Source of the DNA: Terriglobia bacterium
GTDB taxonomy: Bacteria > Acidobacteriota > Terriglobia > Versatilivoradales > Versatilivoraceae
NCBI GenBank assembly: GCA_965215235.1
Contig: OZ244053.1
Span: 3,431,192-3,495,191 of the forward strand
Direction of reading: 5' to 3'
Length of the DNA stretch: 64,000 nucleotides
A program made the position numbers and the translations under genes. The stretch's first letter is position 1. Each line of letters opens with the position of its first letter. Below, in pieces: positions 58,549-64,000 of this stretch. Below the pieces are notes generated by a model. That model searched no databases. It was not told where the DNA came from and saw only the letters and a list, made by a program, of their open reading frames with translations.

Positions 58549-60594
58549 TTACTTGGAGGGTATTCCGATCTGCACCAGATCGTCCGGCTTCTTGTTGAGG
58601 ACCATTTCCTCATAGACCTTGCGCACTGTTGCGGCCTCTCGGGCCGCTTTCCTGCGCAGCCGCTCCTCGTCGGCCGCTGTCTGTGGCCCCTCTCCTTGAA
58701 CTCTCACTCTGGCGGCATCCTCGGCGTCAACCTTGAGAAAGTGTTCGTAACTGCCCAGATTGACCTTCTTTCCCTTGGCGAACACCTCGTGCTTACCGTG
58801 CTTTCGATACCACTCGGCCACGGTCGCGTTCTTGTGCATGTTCTCGATAATCTTCCGCCAGCCCACCCCGGTGTTGTAAGCGCAAAATGAGATCTCTCCT
58901 TCCTGGGTGGCATAGGGGATGATGCACATTTCAGTCCGCCGGAAGTCGTAGTTGAAAAGATCCTGGAACCACATCCCTGCAATGAAGAGGAAGTTCCACG
59001 GATCCGAGCGCCGCTTCTGGATATCCTCCAAGGTTCGGCTCGGGTCAGACTTTCCATACTTGAGGTGGGCCCTACCGGAGGCATTCCAGGTCTTATCGAA
59101 CTTCTTGAAGATATCGGCCAGAGTCAAGCTGGGGGGGGCCTGGAAGGGAGAGTAGTTCTTCAACAGCGCCATGCCCATCATGAAGTTGGAGAAGTTCTTT
59201 CCTCGAGCCGCGTCGGTAATCTTCCGCATGTCCCTCATTAATCCAGGAACGTTGATGAACTGGGGAACCGCTGCCACTTCCTTGCTCTCTTTGTTGATCA
59301 TCACAGCAGTTCCCACCCCGCAGTTCGGGTGACAGCCACAACTAAAAGTCCCCCACTCCCGCTCGGGGCCGTGCACCAGATCCGCATAATCTGCAAAGCC
59401 GGACATGATAGAGATCGGGAACCAATCCCGCGTCGGTTCCGCTATCCCCGTCTGCGTCTTCACGTCACTGGCCATATGGGACAGCGTATAGCGCTGACGA
59501 TGGCGCCGCTCGGGCGTGATTTCCTCGTCCCGCCCGGTGAAGGAAACCGGCTGGAAGGCAATGAAAGCAATCTTTTTGGGGTTGTCGATAGCGAATTTGA
59601 TGATGGGACCGACCTGATCGTTGTTGATTTCATTGACCAGGGTGGTCACCAGAACGATCTCAATGCCGGCTTCATGCATGTTGTTGATCGCTCTCAGCTT
59701 TACATCGAAGAGGTTGCCGATCTGGCGATGGCTGTTGGCATCATTGCCGATACCGTCGAACTGGAGGTACGCATAGCGGAGTCCCGCCTCGGCAGCCCTG
59801 CGGGAAAACTCCTTGCTCTTGGCGAACTCGATGCCGTTGGTCGCTGCCTGAACGCTGTTGTATCCCAGATCGCGCGCAAACTTCACAGCCTTCAAAAAGT
59901 GCGGCGACATGGTCGGCTCCCCGCCGGAGAACTGAATGGACATCTGTCTCTTGGGCTTGATTTCCATGGCATTGGTCATGATCTCCTGGATCTCTTCCCA
60001 GCTCAGCTCATGAACATAGCCAACCTGATTGGCATCCATGAAACAGGGGTCGCACATCATGTTGCAGCGGTTGGTGAGATCGACGGTCAAGACCGACCCC
60101 CTCCCATATTTGATGGTGCTGGTGCCGTGCTTGTGCAATCGTTCGTCGTTGTGAGCACGGATGTCCCTGCCCGGGAAATTGCTCTCAATCCACTCCAGGA
60201 AGCTGACATCTTTGGCCATCATGTCTTCGAACTTGCCGTGCTGCGGACACTCTTTGACCATCCAGACCTCGCCATCCCGCTCAACGATCTGGGCTTTGAT
60301 TTCGCCCACATGGTCGGTAACCAGCGAGCGCCAATCCTGTTCTCCGTTGATGATCTTTTCTCTGGCCTCCATCACACAGACAGGACACAGGGAGTCCGTG
60401 GTCCTCGGAAACCCGAGAGTCGGTTTTGACTTCTCCCATGACTTCAGTAGAGGCTTGTCTGACCACTTAGGCGTAAAGGAAGGATTGGGGACGTACTTAT
60501 TGAAGAACTGGACGGTGTTGAATACCACTCCGGCCGCCGAGCATGCGGCGGTGTCCAAGTACTTCATCAGATGCTTACTGGTAGCTTTAGACAT
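58549..60594 (-). CDS. Large (681 aa) radical SAM protein with an N-terminal rubredoxin-like Cys4 knuckle and an extra C-terminal Cys cluster
   Basis: CPVC...(40 aa)...CPQHG N-terminal knuckle; radical SAM CNMMCDPC with the downstream SIQFSGGEPT SAM-binding motif; further FSCGCHPNCG cluster; ~300-aa C-terminal domain. Confidence 0.8.
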   Translation of the reverse strand: MSKATSKHLMKYLDTAACSAAGVVFNTVQFFNKYVPNPSFTPKWSDKPLLKSWEKSKPTLGFPRTTDSLCPVCVMEAREKIINGEQDWRSLVTDHVGEIKAQIVERDGEVWMVKECPQHGKFEDMMAKDVSFLEWIESNFPGRDIRAHNDERLHKHGTSTIKYGRGSVLTVDLTNRCNMMCDPCFMDANQVGYVHELSWEEIQEIMTNAMEIKPKRQMSIQFSGGEPTMSPHFLKAVKFARDLGYNSVQAATNGIEFAKSKEFSRRAAEAGLRYAYLQFDGIGNDANSHRQIGNLFDVKLRAINNMHEAGIEIVLVTTLVNEINNDQVGPIIKFAIDNPKKIAFIAFQPVSFTGRDEEITPERRHRQRYTLSHMASDVKTQTGIAEPTRDWFPISIMSGFADYADLVHGPEREWGTFSCGCHPNCGVGTAVMINKESKEVAAVPQFINVPGLMRDMRKITDAARGKNFSNFMMGMALLKNYSPFQAPPSLTLADIFKKFDKTWNASGRAHLKYGKSDPSRTLEDIQKRRSDPWNFLFIAGMWFQDLFNYDFRRTEMCIIPYATQEGEISFCAYNTGVGWRKIIENMHKNATVAEWYRKHGKHEVFAKGKKVNLGSYEHFLKVDAEDAARVRVQGEGPQTAADEERLRRKAAREAATVRKVYEEMVLNKKPDDLVQIGIPSK

Positions 60595-61197
60595 GTTCTC
60601 TTTCTCCTAAAAGGTTCTTTCACCCCTTTACGGCAAGAGGTGAAAACTTAAAAACCCATCGAATCGCGTCGCTTCGATGAAGACGCGAGACCGGAAACAG
60701 CAGACCTTGAACTTCACAATCAATGATGAATGCCTTAAATCAAGATTATCCTTAGATGATGTCTTGGTGAAACCAACGGTAGACGTCTGGCAAATACTAC
60801 CTTAATCGGTCATTGTCCGTTTATACTTTTCTCCAATGATAGAAAAGGGTAAAAATTTATTATCGACGCCTTACACCTGAAAAGCACATTTCAGGGAATG
60901 GTTCCATTTCCGGGATGAGTGGTCCAAAAACAGGTCCTAATGCTAATAGTTTGATCGTTGTATATCAGATCAACCCGGCTGGCCACCCCGACCAACCGTC
61001 AACGATTGGGTCTGCAAATTTGCCTTGTAAGCCAGACGGAGCTCGCTTCTTGTATTTCTATACCATCTCTCTCAATAATTAGGCTCCTATAAAAAATGGT
61101 GAAAGCATCCGCCCTATCTCTCCCAGTCCCCCCCCCATTCTTGACTCTTAGTTGAACAGACCTTGACCCCAGACGAAACCTGGGGCTACCATGCCTC

Positions 61198-61821
61198 ATG
61201 ACTCCATACCTGCCTTTGTTTCCCCTGGACATTGTCTTGTTTCCCAAAATGGTCCTTCCGCTCCACATTTTCGAGGAGAGGTACAAGGAGATGATTGGGG
61301 AATGCCTTCGCGCCAAGACGCCGTTCGGGGTGTTGTACGCCCACGACCACACCACAGAGAGGATTGGGTGTCTGGCCAGGATTCTCAAGGTCTTTAAGAA
61401 GTACGAAGATGGCAGAATGGATCTGTTGGCCCAAGGAGGGGAGCGTTTCGAGATCGTGCATTTTGATACCGCGGCCTCATATCTGAGGGGATGGTCGGAA
61501 CCTTATGCTGACACGGACTCGGTGGCATCACCCGGGCAGGATGAAGTCGATCGGCTTCTGGAGCTTTATCGTGAAACCTTCTACATCCTGAACAAGAAGG
61601 AAGCTGACGAGATCTCGATTTCACCTGGCTACGAGGGGTTGAGTTTCCAAATCGCCTCGGTCCCCGCATTGCCGAAGAAGGTGAAACAACAAGTCCTTGA
61701 AGGCCGCAGCGAGAAGGAGCGTGTGGCCATCCTCACTGGCTACTTCGCCAGGAACCTTCCCCGCCTGCGCCGAACGGAAGTTGCGACCAAGAGGGCCGGT
61801 TCCAACGGTCACGTTCGCTGA
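61198..61821 (+). CDS. Lon N-terminal (LON substrate-binding) domain-only protein
   Basis: LPLFPLDIVLFPKMVLPLHIFEERYKEMI matches the Lon N-domain; no AAA+ or protease module follows. Confidence 0.7.
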   Translation: MTPYLPLFPLDIVLFPKMVLPLHIFEERYKEMIGECLRAKTPFGVLYAHDHTTERIGCLARILKVFKKYEDGRMDLLAQGGERFEIVHFDTAASYLRGWSEPYADTDSVASPGQDEVDRLLELYRETFYILNKKEADEISISPGYEGLSFQIASVPALPKKVKQQVLEGRSEKERVAILTGYFARNLPRLRRTEVATKRAGSNGHVR

Positions 61822-62102
61822 AACTTCCTCACCCAACTGATCGTCCCATATCAGCATCGATCGTCGCCAGAGCTTTCCTGGATGACCTTACTTAAAACTC
61901 ATGATTGTGCTATCTTGTCACTCGGTTTGCAGGCTCAGGATCAAACGGGTTGCAACCCCCTGTCCTTACAGGTGGCTCGTTTCAAGTTGACGGAGTCTCG
62001 GAGCCGACCCTGCGGTCGACAGCGGTTCAGCCCGTCGATCTATCGGGTACCTGTCAATGACTCTCGATTTCATCGAGACGTCCAGACAGAGGAACAGCGT
62101 TA

Positions 62103-63455
62103 ATGAAGCGAACCCATTGGGGATCCCGCATTGGTTTTGTGCTGGCGGCGGCCGGTTCAGCCGTCGGCTTGGGCAACATCTGGAAATTCCCATACGTGAC
62201 CGGAGAAAACGGTGGAGGCATTTTCGTCCTCATCTATTTGGCTTGCGTGGCCCTGGTGGGTTTGCCGGTCATGGTAGCCGAAGTCCTGATCGGGCGCGCC
62301 GCCCAAAGTTCTCCGGTGGGAGCCTTCAAGTCCCTGGCCGGCGCTGGAAGCCGTTGGGCATGGGTGGGCTGGCTGGGAGTCTTCTCCTCTTTTATCATCC
62401 TTTCCTATTACAGCATCGTGGCCGGTTGGTCTCTCCACTACACCTGGCTTTCCATCAGTGGGCAACTGGCTGGCCTGGGGCCGGAAGGAATGGCCCCTGT
62501 TTTTGATGAGCTCTACCAGTCGGTCGGGGCGAACCTCGTTTGGCACTTGATCTTTATGGGTTTGACGATCGCCGTGGTCTTCGGGGGAATCTCGAAGGGA
62601 GTCGAGCGTTGGTCGCGGATCCTGATGCCGACCTTGTTGACCATCATGCTGATCTTGCTGGGAAAAGCCTTTACGCTGGATGGATTCGGCCAGGCGGTCC
62701 ACTTCGTGTTCGGACTTCACTATGACAAGTTCACTGCCGCCGGCGCGCTGGAGGCGCTGGGACATGCCTTCTTCACCCTCAGTCTGGGCATGGGCGCGAT
62801 GCTCACCTACGGCAGCTACCTGCACCGCAAAGACGACATCGTTGGCGCTTCCATCACGATTTCCGCGTTGGATACTGCGATTGCTCTGATCGCATCCCTG
62901 GTCCTCTTCCCCATTATCTTCAGCTACGGCATGGAACCGGCGGCCGGTCCGGGCCTCGTGTTCAAAAGCGTCCCCATCGCCCTGAGCCAAATGCCCGGCG
63001 CTACCTTCCTGGCGACCATCTTCTTTGCTCTGTTGGTTTTCGCCGCCTTGACGAGCGCCATTTCCATGCTGGAAGTCGCCACTTCGTATTTCATCGACGA
63101 GCGGGGCTGGCGGCGGAGACGGGCAGCGGTGCTGGCGGGACTGACCATTGCCCTGCTGGGGGTGCCCTCGGCTCTCAGCGGCGGAACCCGGTGGTTCGGT
63201 TCCGGCATGGCGGCTGTGGCGAGCAAAAACTGGTTCGATACCCTGGACTATCTGGCTACCAATTGGATGCTGCCACTTGGGGGACTGGCCATTGCCTTGT
63301 TTACCGGCTGGCGCATGAACGAGGCGCTGCGTCACGAGCATTTCCTGGAGGGCAGCCGATTGCGTATTTTCTACAAGACCTGGCTGTTCTTGCTGAAGTT
63401 TCTGGTGCCCATCGCCATTCTGTTGGTTTTCCTGCACGCTGTGGGCCTCATTTGA
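62103..63455 (+). CDS. Sodium-dependent transporter of the NSS (SNF) family
   Basis: GLGNIWKFPY signature and about 11-12 TM helices. Confidence 0.85.
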   Translation: MKRTHWGSRIGFVLAAAGSAVGLGNIWKFPYVTGENGGGIFVLIYLACVALVGLPVMVAEVLIGRAAQSSPVGAFKSLAGAGSRWAWVGWLGVFSSFIILSYYSIVAGWSLHYTWLSISGQLAGLGPEGMAPVFDELYQSVGANLVWHLIFMGLTIAVVFGGISKGVERWSRILMPTLLTIMLILLGKAFTLDGFGQAVHFVFGLHYDKFTAAGALEALGHAFFTLSLGMGAMLTYGSYLHRKDDIVGASITISALDTAIALIASLVLFPIIFSYGMEPAAGPGLVFKSVPIALSQMPGATFLATIFFALLVFAALTSAISMLEVATSYFIDERGWRRRRAAVLAGLTIALLGVPSALSGGTRWFGSGMAAVASKNWFDTLDYLATNWMLPLGGLAIALFTGWRMNEALRHEHFLEGSRLRIFYKTWLFLLKFLVPIAILLVFLHAVGLI

Positions 63456-63638
63456 GCCAGTGAGGTCAAGGAGTATCCGCCGACTTTAGGCTGTCATCAC
63501 CCCGCACCAGAGCCCGGGTAGTGGGAACAGCTTGGCTCGAGCAGCGATCAGATTTTTGATCCTGCCCATCATGATTCTGACCGTAAGGATTTCCAGACAG
63601 ACAGGGTAGCCTTCCCCGATCTCTCAAGAGAGTACTCC

Positions 63639-64000
63639 TTGGTCCCCGTCATCCTGATCATTTTGGCAGCGGTCGGTTTCTTGATTTCAAGCTACTTTAC
63701 CGCTGTTTCGTTTGGCTGGATGGACCCGAAAAACGACTGGATCCCCTCGTTTTGCCGGTTGGGCGAGCAAACCTGCAGCCGGGTCATTTTTTCGCCGAGA
63801 GCCCAGGTCTTCGGGGTTCCCAATTCTCTCTTGGGTCAACTCTTTTATATCGCGATCATCCTGGGCGCCTCTGCCAACTGGCTCTTCCTTGAACCGTTCT
63901 TTTTCCTGTTTCTGTCGGCCAGCTTCCTTACCGTGTTGTTAGCTGTCTATCTCAGCTACTCTCTGCTTTTCCTGACCCGAATACGATGTTTCCTGTGCTT
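63639..64000 (+). CDS. Vitamin K epoxide reductase (VKOR) family membrane protein, 3'-truncated by the window end
   Basis: TM helices; loop Cys pair (SFCRLGEQTC); CxxC (RIRCFLC) at a TM start. Putative TTG start; the ORF runs off the contig end. Confidence 0.5.
   Translation, partial: MVPVILIILAAVGFLISSYFTAVSFGWMDPKNDWIPSFCRLGEQTCSRVIFSPRAQVFGVPNSLLGQLFYIAIILGASANWLFLEPFFFLFLSASFLTVLLAVYLSYSLLFLTRIRCFLC

Noticed and set aside
1-64000. CRISPR arrays, restriction-modification, toxin-antitoxin or other defence islands
   Set aside because: No direct-repeat/spacer periodicity was seen, and no Cas, REase/MTase, abortive-infection or TA motifs were recognised in any ORF.

Overview
Overall GC content is high, roughly 58-60%. 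The PSCyt1 (planctomycete cytochrome c domain) plus WD40 protein and the large PPC-repeat (pre-peptidase C-terminal) protein point to a Planctomycetota- or Acidobacteriota-like chromosome, but the phylum is only a guess. The window mixes housekeeping genes (proS, glyA, pdxJ, tRNA-Gln) with accessory loci.

Most notable is a compact envelope-stress locus at about 9.2-15.5 kb. A CpxR/CpxA-like two-component system sits next to three minus-strand genes: an OsmY-like BON protein, an HtpX-like M48 protease and a Spy/CpxP-like LTXXQ protein followed by a Gly/Arg-rich secreted protein. Each of the three genes is preceded by the same ~46-bp element, and a half-conserved copy lies before the kinase gene. 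The element is either a CpxR-type direct-repeat box or an ECF-sigma-type promoter, and either way it defines a small regulon.

The second candidate is an operon at 57.4-60.6 kb: a 681-aa radical SAM enzyme with an N-terminal rubredoxin-like Cys4 knuckle, followed by a protein that ends in a plant-type [2Fe-2S] ferredoxin motif. It lies near an MqnE/MqnC futalosine-pathway radical SAM gene. I tentatively flag it as a tetraether-lipid-synthase-like (Tes/GDGT-MAS-like) system; the homology cannot be verified without a search.

Other features: a tripartite RND efflux set whose outer-membrane component carries a ~390-aa N-terminal extension; a tRNA-Gln(CUG) beside a heavily degraded IS481-like transposase pseudogene; an ECF sigma/anti-sigma pair with a textbook sigma-E-like autopromoter; a STAS protein with a poly-Lys tail; a catabolic cluster (crotonase, CoA-transferase, AKR, HpcH aldolase, TIM-barrel isomerases, MBL, Nramp); and an orphan intrinsic terminator in a 0.9-kb non-coding, locally AT-rich stretch.

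Three apparent frameshifts (SDR, TolC-like OMP, GH30) all fall in G/C homopolymer runs with the same +1 offset. They are most likely sequencing or assembly indels rather than pseudogenes. No CRISPR array or recognisable defence system was seen.
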